A stretch of DNA of 64,000 bases from Prorocentrum cordatum (taxonomy: Eukaryota): the NCBI GenBank assembly GCA_963575745.1, contig CAUYUJ010000158.1:1-64000 (forward strand), in the 5' to 3' direction. Positions 39,918 to 54,430 of this stretch are shown piece by piece. The notes below the pieces were generated by a model. The model saw nothing but the letters and a program-made list of their open reading frames with translations. It did not search any database and was not told the origin of the DNA. Numbering within the stretch: position 1 is the first letter of the stretch; each line of letters opens with the position of its first letter. A program made the translations under genes and the position numbers.

Positions 39918-40019
39918 CTGCGAGAGCCCCTGCAGGCTCTGCTGCAACTGCGGAGAAGCGAGCGCCTCGCGCACACCCGCCGGGTTCCTGTGGGTTGCCG
40001 GCAGCAACTCGGTCATCTC
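39918..40019 (-). CDS. RPN13: Rpn13 exon D (EMTELLPATHRNPAGVREALASPQLQQSLQGLSQ)
   Basis: 102 nt, AG acceptor at 40021-40020, CAG|GC donor; LP....L.SPQLQQSL..LS matches the DEUBAD SPQFQQAL motif. Confidence 0.85.
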
Positions 40020-40549
40020 CTCTTTCGGGAGGCCGGAAAAAACATATACAGACTCCGCTGGATCCCGTATGTGTGTTTGATATATACTGTCCGACAACAA
40101 GAAATGAGCCTCCTAGAGTTCGATCAATTATCGGGCCCTGGGAATACCAGAACTTGATCCACGACGCGAAACTAGCCCCCGCGAGAGAATTTGCGGGATC
40201 CTATCATACCCCACCACACCCACCACCACTTCTTTTCCTCCTCCCTCATCTACCCCCTTCCTCTCCTCTCCCTTGGAAATGAAGGGAAGGCGGAGATGGT
40301 GGTGGTGTATACGTCGGGACCCCGTAAACTTTGCGTGGTTCTTGCATGACTGCTCTTCTCACGGAAACGCTAAGCCAATGGTTCGCATCGGCCGGGCCAT
40401 TTGGCAAGCTCCGCCGCTCTGTGGCCTCCAGAAGGCAGATGGTGGCCTCAAAAGTCTCCGGGGGCAGGCTTCCTCGGAGAGACCAGCGTAGTCTTCGGAG
40501 GAAGTCACCTGAGTGACCACCTCGCCGATCCTGGAAGGGCCCGATGATA

Positions 40550-42560
<2,011 letters not shown>

Positions 42561-43251
42561 CGATTTGTACGACTATAGCTACGACTATTGCCGAAGGTGT
42601 TCGCGGAGGAATTCGCCCAAGAGGGCTGGGACGGATGTCACAACGTCAAAAGCGTCGGCCGAAACGTGGTGCCCGAGCACACTGGGGTCCCTGTGGGGTC
42701 GCGAACACAAGGTGCAGCGCAGGGGCTCCTCCCCCCCTCCCAGCCCACAGGAACGCCAGCCCCGCTTGTATCAACAACAACAACAAACAAAAAAGGTGGC
42801 ACGTCTTGTATGAATGGCTTGCACACGCATTGATACAACGGCTAAAAAGAAAAAAACTGGACGGACACCGTCCAATAAGTATACCTGGTATGCGTTGATT
42901 CGACGCGTAACGCCGAATCCCGATTCATAATACTAGCTCGGCAACGTAAACATACAAGCCAAACAAATGTCATCACGCATAAAACAAGGCACGGCGGAAC
43001 CATCACTTTGCATGGATGTCAAGGTGTATCACATGCAATGTCATTGTGTTACGCCCTTGCTCCAAGGTTGGTGCCCCGGGCGGAACTTTCATGACAAATA
43101 CGGAAAAACAGTCCCAAAATCTTCCAGGTGCGGCCTCGCGGACCCGCAGGAAATACAGCTCGCGAGCGAGCGGCGAGGGAAACAAGGACCTCGGGGGTGT
43201 CACAAAGGAAGGGCTCGGGAAGACGCGTGAAGGGAGGCCAGGGGAGACATC

Positions 43252-43451
43252 AATGTCGTGGGCGGCCAAGAAGGGGGCGTCCAAGAACGCGGGTGCAAAT
43301 CGTGGCCGGCGGCAGGTGCGCGGCCCAGGGGGCGGCCAGGGACGTTTTGAAATAAGAAGAGGCGCCATGATATCTGGGGAAATATCGTGGCCCACGCCAT
43401 GATATCCACTCCCCCATTGTCATCACCCCCCTCTTTGCCGCCCCCGACATT
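43252..43451. mobile_element. ~200-bp MITE-like element; a partial homolog lies at about 37858-38032
   Basis: 26-bp inverted ends AATGTCGTGGGCGGCCAAGAAGGGGG versus AATGTCGGGGGCGGCAAAGAGGGGGG (3 mismatches); internal ...GCCATGATATCCAC...GTCATCACCCCCCTCTT is shared with the 37.9-38.0 kb copy; no clear TSD. Confidence 0.7.
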
Positions 43452-43766
43452 AAGGAAGCGGGCGGACGACAAACCACGAAAAAACAGTGGTTCGGGTCAG
43501 AGGCCCCGGGCCCGCGAGCTCCGAGGGGCCAGGGGAGGGAAAGGGGCAAGCAATCAGCACAAACGAAAAAAAGACAGAGAGGCAGGCAGGGAGAGAGAGA
43601 GGCAGTCAGACAGAGAGGGGCAGACAGGGGAGGGAGAGGGGCAGTCAGACAGACAGGGGCAGGCAGGGAGAGAGAGGGAGGCAAAAGAGCAGGCAGTCAG
43701 ACTCTGCGGCGAGCCACGAACGAGCCACGAGCGAAAAAAACAACTACGACGACGACGACGACGACC

Positions 43767-43801
<35 letters not shown>

Positions 43802-43827
43802 AACGACGACGACGACGAAAAAACGAC

Positions 43828-43859
<32 letters not shown>

Positions 43860-44329
43860 CGAAAAAAAAAACGACGACGACGAAAAAAAACGACGACGAC
43901 GACGACAACGACGACGAAGGCGACGACGACGACGACGACCATACCGATTTGCCACAAACCACAGAAAAACATTGGTTCGGGCCAGGGCCCAGGAGGAGCT
44001 CCGAGGAGCCCAGCAGGGAGAAGTGCGAGGGGGCGGGCCATCGGCACCGACGCAAAGCGCAGACTCTGCGGCCGCGAGGGCGAAGGTCAGGGAGGCCAGG
44101 GAACCAAGGAAGCCAAGGGGCCAGGGAGGCGAGGGAGGCCAGGGAAAGCCAGGGAGGCCAAGGATAACCATAGAGACTGCAGGGAGGCCAGGGAAGCCAG
44201 GGACGAACCACGAACGAGGCACGAACGAAAACAAGTTAACGAGACACAAGCGAGATCAAGCGGCACGCGAGAATCTTCGATATCATTACCGCTCGCCACA
44301 TTCGCATCCAACCTCCTGGCGATGTCATT

Positions 44330-44550
44330 CCCTAAAACCCTGAAACCTAAAACCTTGAAACCCTAACCTTAAAACCCTAAAACCCTGACATCCTAAAACC
44401 TTAAACACTTGAACCCTTAAACCTAAAACATTAAACAGTAAACCCTGAAACTCTAAACCCGTGAATCGTCAAACACTCTAAATCCCAATCTGAAACCGTA
44501 AAAAAACCCTGAAATCTATAAAATCCTAACATTCAAAACCTTAAAACCTC
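44330..44550. repeat. Degenerate interstitial telomere-like (CCCTAAA)n tract
   Basis: Units CCTAAAA, CCCTGAAA, CCTTAAAA, CCCTAA. Confidence 0.6.
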
Positions 44551-46717
44551 GAAAAATAGACCACCCCCAAACCCAAAATTCGTGCGTCCTCGGATGATGC
44601 TCAACATGTCTCCGACACGAAAACACACGTCTGCGGCGCTCTGGACTTCTCGGCGCACTCGGGAACGCGAACACGCTTAGGATCGGTTAGAAACGCCTGG
44701 AAAACCAAAAAAATACAAATTGATGTCTTCACGCACATCAGAACTGAACTGCAGACGTCGAGGGCACAAATGGGAATGGCGCACGCCAATCTGGATGGTA
44801 AGACACGGAACGGATACACACACATCGTCGTGTTCGACGGAATTGTCTTGTGATTGCTGCGTTCACCACCTCCGCGATTCCGTGCTCTGAAATTTGAAAA
44901 TTCGTCTGTAAACGATTCGCTCAATTTTCCGATGAACTGCTGGAAAAAAAAATAACATTGCCGACTGTTGCAACGCGCTCCATGAAATCTACCTGAATCT
45001 GTCTGCTAACAACTGCAACTTTCAATTTCTGGGAAACAACTTTCTAGCAACGTCCCCTTAATCGACTTTCGGCTCACGGACCGTGCCAAGAACCAATTTT
45101 CTGGGCGTTACCAGACACCGCGGCAACGGCAACACTGAACATAGAACGAACTGGAACAAAAAACTGTGTGATAAACTCGCTTGTTGTACAAGCTCAATAC
45201 AACACTGCACATGCTCTTATCGCGTGGTTTTCGTCAAACACACGTCGACAGACCGCACACAACGCGCCCTAGAGACTTGGCTCAACCTAAAACAGGAGAA
45301 GAAAGGAACAAGACAATGAACGAACAAACAGGGACAAAAAACGTAAAACACAACGACTCAACGAACACAAAGACATTGTTTTTGTTGATCTCATGCTACA
45401 CTATTTCAGTCAATCTTTGGGCAAACTTTCAAAACTCGACTTTAGAATTGGTATTTACCCATCTGTAGTAATAAATAAAAACAACTAAAACTCACTAAAC
45501 ATAACTTGTACAACTCCCGTGGTTTTTGTTTTTTTTGCTGCAAAATTCAACAAAATCTGGCGCACTGGAAAACTAACTGGCAACACTAATCTCGACGAAT
45601 TTTGACTTTTTATGAAAATAAATACTGCCGAAAAAACACATTTGGAGATAAATCATCTCAATACACGTGACTGATTTCTCTCCTCACTCCGAAATATAGA
45701 ACCATTCGGAACTGATACGTGAACCACCAATACATGCTCAAACGTGTTCATCTGAACCATTTGAGAATCTGAATTTAAAACCTGACGAAATAATTCTACG
45801 CTTGGACATACAAACATAATCGATTGGAAACTGAATCCCGTTCTTCTTAAACATCTAAACATACCAACTCGGTCTGCGACTCGAACTATGTACGCAAAAC
45901 TATTCGAATTCTTAAATCTTGAACTACGGAATTGCACTGCAAGACTTTTCTTGAACTGCAAAACATCTTCAACACCAACAACAACTCATAAAGGTGTTGG
46001 GCTAAACTTCTAGAACACCCAAATTAATCAATATTCTGTTATTTTCGTGGAATTATGTTTTATCTGTGCTGCAAATAAGGTACAGGAATCTTAAAACAAT
46101 CTATAAGGCGGCAACCCACATTCATGATTCACCACTGTACTTTCTGTTGCACATGTTTAACGTCTCTTTTCTTTCTACGACTGCTGATCGAATATTTTCA
46201 AAAATAATAATTTCTTTTACTGGCGGGACGTTCACAATTTCGATGTCCCGACATTATGGCTCTTAAAACCGACAGAAACAACAAACCAAAAAAAAAAACA
46301 AGAAATAATGAAAGAACAACAGACCTTACATATCGAATAAATTCTCAAAATCTTCGATGAAAACAACATATGTATATAAAGACGAAAACAAACTGCACTA
46401 TAATTGCAAAGCTAATTACAATTTGCTTCCCATTGATGTGCCGAAGAATCTGTAAATTATCTACAATCAACATATTCTAGACACGAATAGAAACTTCTTA
46501 TATTCATGCTAAATACGACAATATTCGTCCGGAACATATAGAAGTCTTAGTTTATTTTTCATCTGCAAAACTCTCTAACACATTTTCTTCACACATATAA
46601 TGAATTTTATTGTTGAATTCGAATGCAAACGAGACTCACACGTGGTCATACGAATCCTACTTTATATTCGCTTTCTGACTTTCTTATTTATTTATTCTAT
46701 GTATGTACATATATGTA

Positions 46718-46763
<46 letters not shown>

Positions 46764-46821
46764 CATACACATGTATGTGTCTGCATGGGCACATATATCT
46801 ATAACCCAACGTGTCCATGTA

Positions 46822-46854
<33 letters not shown>

Positions 46855-47790
46855 CCCCTCGAAAACCAAGGGGGGAGCCACTGCCGGTTCGAACCCCTCC
46901 CCTCTCCCTCCCCCCTCCGGATCCGGAAAACCGGGGGGGGTCACTACCGGTTGGACCCCCCTCTCTCGAAAACCGGAGGGGGGTCACTACCAGTTCGACC
47001 CCCCCCCCCACGCACCGCCAGCAAACGACTCCCGGTCCCTACCACCGCTCGCATCACATCCCCCGCTGTTGTTCCCAGCGCCACTGTCCTCACCACCACT
47101 GTCCCCACTGGTTCCACCACCGTCCCTATTGTCCCCACCAGTGCCCCCACCACTGTCGCACTGTCCCCACTGTTCCCGCCACTGTTCCGACCACGGTTCC
47201 ACTCTCCCCACTGTCTCCACGGACCCAACCACTGCCTATCCCCACTGTCCCACTGACTCCTCCGCTGTCCCACTGAGCTGTCCCACTGTTCCCACCACTG
47301 TCCCCACTGTCCCCACCACTGTCCCCACTGCACCTTTGTCCCATTGTCCCACCGCCGTCCTCGCCACCGTCTTTACCACTGTCCCCACCACCATTGTACC
47401 CTCCACTGTCCCACTGTTTCCACCTCATTCCCATTGTCCCCACACCACCACCACCGTCCCCACCACTGTCCACTGTCCCCCCTGTTCCCTCCATTGTCCC
47501 CACCACTGTCCCCATCACTACCGTCCCCACCACTGTCCCACTGTCCCACTGTCCCCACCACTGTCCCGCTGTCCCCTCGCCACTGTCCCCACCAACACCG
47601 TCCCCACCACTGTCCGCACCCCCACTTGGTTTTCGAGGGGGGGGGGGGTTCGAACCGGTAGTGACCCCCCCCCCTCTTTTCATGATGAATGGGGGGGGAG
47701 GGGTTCGAACCGGACGACCGGTTTTCGGACGGGGTGGGGGGGAGGGGTTCGAACCGGTATGCCCCCCCTAGGTTCCGCAGCATACGGGTA
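46855..47790. mobile_element. Foldback/MITE-like element in a (TA)n tract with an internal CCACTGTCCCCA(CCA) minisatellite
   Basis: CCCCTCGAAAACCAAG at 46855 is inverted at about 47625-47640; CACTACCGGTTCGAACCCC-type motifs are repeated on the left and inverted on the right; (TA)n on both flanks. Confidence 0.65.
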
Positions 47791-47801
47791 TACATATACA
47801 T

Positions 47802-47857
<56 letters not shown>

Positions 47858-47866
47858 ATATTATAT

Positions 47867-47897
<31 letters not shown>

Positions 47898-47917
47898 GAT
47901 GTGCATATATGTATATT

Positions 47918-47959
<42 letters not shown>

Positions 47960-50159
47960 CATACAAACACGAACGTACATTCTCACGAACATATATTTGT
48001 TTGGATCTCGTCATACACATATACATGCATGTACACACGGTGCTTTGCCGTTACACAGGTCCGGGTTCGTTTCGCCATGTCCCACCTCGTCTGACTTCAT
48101 GTTTGTTGGGTTCAGCTAAATGCAACAGAATCTCGAACAGTCCGGCCGAGTCCCACCAGCTCTCTTGGCGCAGGTGGTCTATGGCGTTTCCTTTTCCAAC
48201 CTCCTTCCTTTCCCTGCTTGGGAGGTTTACCCCCCCTCCATGCGTTTGGACGGGGGGGGGCCGACCCATGCCAGCGTCCAACATGGCCCAATATAGCTCC
48301 GAGAGGGCCTCAGAAGCGCAAGGTGGCCTCCAAGCTGGCACAAAATGGCGGTATATGGGTCAAACTAGCCTTTTACACACGTCCAAGAGGCCTCAAGACG
48401 GCCCCAAAACGGTTTGACGTGCTGTCCGAGGCCTCGGAGGATCCCCCAAGGGGCCAACATCCTTCAAAAACCAAAGGAAATCCAATGTTTTTTTGCCTTC
48501 TCGCTGTTTCGCCTGCGATGGGCTCTTGAGGCCTCAAGATGGCCCCCAAACGGTCCAATATAGCTCCAAAGTGGGCTTCAAAGGGCCCCAAAACAGCCCC
48601 AAGAACGCTCCAATGGCGGGCCGAAGGGGCACCAGGACGGCACTTTTGAGCCTCCGATGGGGGGGTCCGAATTAAGGACCGCTTTCTGTTTTAGCGAAAG
48701 GTTCCAAGACGGCTCCAAGAGGCCCCTCAGGTATCCCAAAAAACGCCCCAGGAAGACCTCCAAAGCCTCAAGAGGGCCCCGAGACGCCCCAAAAGAGGCC
48801 CAAGAGGGCTCCAAGAAGGCCCTAAAAGGACCTCCGGAAAGCCCCAAGAAAGAGCTCCAGGAGAGAACCAGGAGGGCCCCGAGAGAACCCCAAGAGAGCC
48901 CCAAGATGGCTCCAAGTTTCGAAACGCACGCGAGTATTGATACAAATCAGTGCAACAGCCATTAATTACGAGTCATCGAAGCACCCCTTACCCCTCATCG
49001 AAGCACCATCGTAGCTTGCACCGATTTCCATCTTAAACTTCGATGCGGGAAGCTATTTGTGATCCTTGTTTTCCCGAAGACGGCCGCGCGACTGCATGCG
49101 TCCTGCTGCCCCTGATTCACCAACTCTCCTGCTGATCTTTTCTGGATGGACTGGCGGGGATACTTTTTTTGGTCGAGGGGGGGGGGGGATTTGCAGTCGC
49201 CGAGCTGAGAGATCCGGGCCGCGGGCCTGTCAAATTAGCAACGCGCAAGCCTGCAGCGGCCGAGCCCGCACTTGCTGGCGGGGGTACTTTTTTGGTCGGC
49301 GCCCGCGCGACAACGGTCTGGCGGCGACGGGCAATGTCCGGGACGGCGGCGCAAAGCTAATTGCACAAGAAGCGTGCAGTTGTACATGCGCTGAACAAAA
49401 TGCTCTGCATTCAAAGGAAAGCCGAGAACTACAGACGTGGCAGGCTGAATCACGCGGCGCCCAGACCTCAGTAATCCACCTCCCAGTGCCAGGTGGAGCC
49501 ATGCGGCTGTGCCCAAGGCGCACTGCGATGCCGATCCCTGAAGCGAAGAGATCCGCAGGCGTGGGGGGCGCCGCCGTCTAGTGGTGAAGCGCCTGCGCAG
49601 CCTGCCAGGGGGGTCCTGCTGCAGTGGAGGCAGTGGGAGGCCGGTGGAGTGAGTCGCCCGTGGGGCGCCAGACTTCGAACGCCCGCGACGACGTCTGTGA
49701 GCCATGCAGCTGTCGCGGAACTGGTGCGGCGCACTGGCCTGCAGCTGGTGGGGGCATGGGTGCTGTCTTGCTGCGGAAGGCCGATCCACTCCGTGGCGAC
49801 CCAACGCCCGAGTGACCATTCCACAGGGCGAGGGGGGAACAAGCGACTGTGGACCACGCTGCGTGCCAGCGCGGCGCCAGGCCTCAGAGAGAGGGGGGAG
49901 GGCCCGCAGGCGGGGGCGCACCGCCGGCGGAGGAGTGAGGGGAAGGGCGGCACTGGTGGTAGTGATGCCTCCTGCGGTGTCAAAGGGCTGTGCCGGGCGG
50001 CAACATTCAGGCGAGGCATCCCGACGCAGTAACCCTTAATGTCGGTGAACACCATCGACACTCCAAGTACCACAGTGTCAACCTGATGCGAAGAGGCCCA
50101 CCAATGCCAGCCGCGTCTGTATGGTGCGATCCGTGGATAGGGGGCCCTCTGAGCAGCCT

Positions 50160-51400
50160 GCCCGCGGGCGAGCCCCGGAGGCGCAGTGGGGGGCATCCGC
50201 CAGGCCACGCATTCGGCGCCGCCACACACCGTGGCCGGCCTGCAACCCACAGAGTGCGCCTTGCCGTGGAGAGGGGGGGGCAGCTAACCGCCGCTAGACA
50301 CGCGTAACTTGATAGCAGCTGCACGCCGAGAGCGCCCGCACGTGTGGGGGGTGCAGCTAGCCGCCGCAGAAGACGCATAGAAGGATGGGGGGGTGGCAGG
50401 ACAACGCCGATGCAGCCCGAGCTGGAGTGTGCCAGCGTCGGGCGCGCCGCATGGGGGGTACATGCGCAGCAGCCTTACGCAACATGGCGATCCGTGGAAG
50501 GGGGGGTCCTCCGAGCAGCCTGCTCTCCTGGCCACCCGCTCTGGCTACGGCAGCCGCCGCGGGCGAGCCCCAGGGGCACAAAGGAGGGCCACCGGGCTAC
50601 GCATTCGGCGCCGCCCCACACCGTGGCCGGCCTGCGGCCCTCAGAGTTCGCCTTGCCGTGGAGAGGGGGGGGGTGCAGCTAACCGCCGCAAGACACACGT
50701 AACTTGATAGCAGCTGCGCGCCGAGAGCGTCTACACGTGTGGAGGGTGCAGCTGACCGCCGCAGAAGACGCGTGGAAAGATGGGGGGGTGGCAGGACAAC
50801 GCCGATGCAGCCCGAGCTGGAGTGTGCCAGTGTCAGACGCGCCACACGGGGGGTACATGCGCAGCAGCCTTACGCAACATAGCTGGAGCTGCAAACTGCC
50901 CCTTCCGTTCCCATCCGGTCCGCCGAGGTGTCTGCGAGAGTCCCGTCTATGATACATGGGCCTTTCGCTGGCACGGGGGGTGCAGCTAACCGCCGCAGAA
51001 CGCGATTCGATGGAAAGTGTGTCTGCGAGAGCCCCATCCGTGGTTGGACAGTGCCTCCGCCTCGGCTCTCAGCGCTGCAATCGATGACAATGGGCGCGCT
51101 TGCCGGTGAGAGTGGTGGGGAAGCTGATCGACGGTGTGACGGGGGGTGCAACAAACCACCGCGTAACACGATTTGGTGGAAAGTGCGTCAGCGAGAGCCC
51201 CATCTGTGATGCATCGGCCTTCCGTTGACACGGGGGGTGCAGCTAACCGCCGCAGATGACGCGATTGATGGAACGTGAGCCTGCGAGAGCCCCATCTGTG
51301 ATGCACCGACCTTTCGTCGACGCGGGGGGGGGGCAGCTAACCGCCGCAGAACACGATTTGTTGGAAAAAGTGTCTGCGAGAGCCCCATCTGTGATGGATA
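50160..51400. repeat. Degenerate tandem duplications containing GGG(T)GCAGCTAACCGCCGC(T/A)
   Basis: ~400-bp duplication (about 50165-50500 versus 50560-50880) plus shorter units at about 50980, 51235 and 51330. Confidence 0.8.
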
Positions 51401-51599
51401 GCGCCTCCGCCTCTGCTCGCAGCGCTGCGATTGATGACAGAGAGCGCCGTGTAGACGAAACGTGCGCGAGGGGGGTCGCGCCTGATCCCTGCGCGTGCGA
51501 TGCCACGAGGTGGGGCAGCAACGGCTACTGTGGGGAGACGGCCCGCCACTGTTTTTTGCCCTTCCTGGGTGCCTGGGTGTCCGGGTGGCCCTTTGCCGC

Positions 51600-52079
51600 A
51601 TGGTGATCCCTGCTCGCTCTGCCCCTTCGACCCGGGTGCAGATGCCCCAGCCGAGTCCAGTCGACGTCGAAGCTCAGCACGTCGCTGACGACCCGTGCGT
51701 CGCACTTGTGGCTGCGGACGGATTCCAGGAAGAGGTGGCAGGTTTGCGGGTCGTGCCGAAGCGGGTCGAGCGCGCCTTTGCTGCCAGGCACGGACTGCCG
51801 CTTGGTAAAAGCGTGCCGGGTGCTTGTGAACATTGTTCCAAATGTGACTTGGAGCCGCCTTTTCGCCTCGCCGGGTGTCTCCCCGGGTAGGTCCCACTGG
51901 ATGTTGATGATTTTTGTCTTGTACAACTGCTGTCCCGTGTCGGGGTCCGTGGGCTCTGGCCATTGGCGCGGGTCGGGCCATTGGTGCTGCCGTGTATCCT
52001 GGCCGCAAGTCTCCAACGTGCCGGCCTCGCTGTCCTGGCCGGAGGGCTCGCGATCTGCCCGCGACAGTTCCGGCTGCAC
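51600..52079 (-). other. Protein-like ORF fragment of unknown function (QLYKTKIINIQWDLPGETPGEAKRRLQVTFGTMF...)
   Basis: Non-repetitive, natural-looking composition; no family recognised. Confidence 0.2.
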
Positions 52080-53709
52080 GCCTGGCGGGGTTCTGCGGGG
52101 AGAGGCGGGCCGCGTGGTTGGCCGCCAGGCGGGGGTCGGACCGTCTCCGGTAGCCAGGGCGGACGCTGCCCTGTTGTGCGTGGGGAGAAGCCCTTTTCGC
52201 TGGCGGTCGCCTTCGGGCCTGTGCCCGCCGTCGCTCCCGGGTGCGTCCCTTCGGTCAACGCAGGACTCTCGCCCGTCTCGGAGGCGCCGCTGGTTGTGCC
52301 GGGCGCGCGCACGTCCGGCGACGCAGTTTCCGTTGCCAGATCGCGAGATTCTCTGTCAGTCGTGTCCTGGACGTCAGGAGAGAGCGCCTGGGGTTCACCG
52401 CCCATTAGAGCGGGTTCACTGGCAGGGGGAGGGGGGCGAATGGGCGCGAAGGGGTTTCTCCCGACGAGCCAGTGAATGGCTTCGCTGTCCTGCGCCTGGA
52501 CGGTTGGTCCGTGGTTCCCCTGCTAGGTCTGTGGCGCTCCCAGAGGACTGCTGACGGTCTGATTGTTTTGAAAGGGAGGTGGGGGTGGCACGGTGTGGTA
52601 GGCGAGCCCCCGCTGTTCCGGGATCTCGTTTAGGTGACTGATGCGGCTGCCGTCAGCACTTTCAAGGGCCACCCCCTGCCCGCCCGCCTCTAATCCAGAG
52701 ACGCGGATGAAGGCTTGTGTCACTTCCGCACCTTCAGAGGCTTGCGCCGCATCGGGCCCCCGATACTCCGCGGCCTCCGCAGCCTCCGCCGACTCCGCCG
52801 CGGCCTCCCTCTCCTTCCCTCTGCCCTGCTGCTGCTGCTGCTGCTGAGGGAGCAAGGGTACCTCTGAGACTTCTCTTGGGTTCTGCTGGCTCCCAAAGGG
52901 GGGTGTCTCCTTTTCTCTGCCCTGCTGCTGCTGCTGAGGGAGCAAGGGTACCTCTGAGTCTTCTCTTGGGTTCAGCTGCTGCTGAAGCAGTGGTTGTGAG
53001 GGGAGTGTTGTTGCTGCTGCGGCTGCGGGGTGCTGTTGCTGCTGCTGTTGCTGCTGTTGCTGCAGCTGCGGGCTTCTGTTGCTGCTGCTGCTGCTGTTGC
53101 TGTAGCTGCTGCGGCTGTTGCAGTTGCTGCTGCTGTCCTGCTGCTGTGGCTGCTGCTGCAGCTGCGGCTGTTGCTGCCGCCGCGCCAGCGGCCTCGCCGC
53201 GGGCGGCCGCGCGGGCGGCCGCGGCGGCGCGGGCCACCGAGCCCGCCGCCGCCGCCGCCGGCAGCGGGGAGCCGGCAGCGGCGGCAGCAGCGTCCGCCGC
53301 GACAGCGGCCGCCACGCCGGCCACGGCGCCGCCGGCCGCCGCCGCCACCGGAGGGGATCCGGCGGCGGCGGCAGCAGCAATGGTGGCGACGGCAGCGGCG
53401 GCAGCTGGGGCGGCGGCGCGCCGCCAGCGGCCGCGGCGGCGCCGGCCACTGCGCCCTCCGCCGCCGCCGCCGCCGGCGGGGAGCCAGCAGCGGCGGCAGC
53501 GGCGGCGGCGGCAGTGGGCCGCAGAGTCCAGGCGCGGCGTCCCGCCGCGCCGCCACCAGCCGTTGGCGGCGGCGCAGCGCGGCCCCCGAGAGGGCGGCCC
53601 CGAGGGCGGACATGGCCCTGGCCCGAGTGCGCACCTGAGCGATGGGCGGGCTCGAGCCGAGACGGCTTGAGCCAGGCTACGGGTCTGGCGGGGATACGCG
53701 AAGCGTCAA

Positions 53710-54430
53710 GAATTCATCTTGTCTTGGAAATATCAACCACGTACTGTTCACTCGCATAATAAATGCGGTAACGTATTTCTTGGCCATCCTTGGCTCTGTG
53801 GGCTAAGGCAATCTAGCGGATTCTTTCTTTCCTAAGATAGAAACAATGTCGAAGAGCCGCATGCACTTCCAGTTAGCTTTCCCGAACATTTTTATCTTGA
53901 GCGGGCCGCGAGAGGGCAGGGTGTCCAAGATGGCCCGAAATTGCTCCAACAATGCCTCCGATGCTCCAAAATGGCCGCCAAAGCAGCTCAATGTAACTTC
54001 GGACGTGCTTTCTTGAGGCCTGGCGAGGTTAACGATGCGGTTCAATAGGCTCCGAAACCTTCAGAACGCCCCCAAACGGCTAAACGCCTCCAAGCACCCA
54101 AAGGGAATCCCAACCCTCCTCTGGGGCGTGGGTGGTTTAGAACGTTGCTTCTGTCACATGTCCTCCCTCTGGGGAAAGGTTTACCAATCCCCCGCCCCCC
54201 TTGGGTCCGGGGGACTGGGGGGCGCTACAGGTCGGAACGTTGAAAACGGACTCGTCGAAAAAACTAAGTCATCGATTTCACTACAAATTTGGCACACAGA
54301 CGACCCAAGAACCCTTCGAAACGGGCACAACACTGCTCCAAGGCATTCCATGATCGCTTCCAACACGGTTGACATGGGCGAATGTGGCCTGCAAAACGCC
54401 TTCACAACGTTAGAGAAACCAGGGCGATAC
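53710..54430. repeat. Diverged dispersed repeat, homologous to about 57150-57860
   Basis: Shared blocks GGGCTAAGGCAATCT, GGCTAAACGCCTCCAA, GGGGCGCTACAGGTCGGAACGT and TGGCCTGCAAAACGCCT. Confidence 0.85.

Noticed and set aside
52523..53760. Gln/Ala-rich ORFs
   Set aside because: Mostly (CTG)n and (GCC)n repeats open in several frames; no domain evidence
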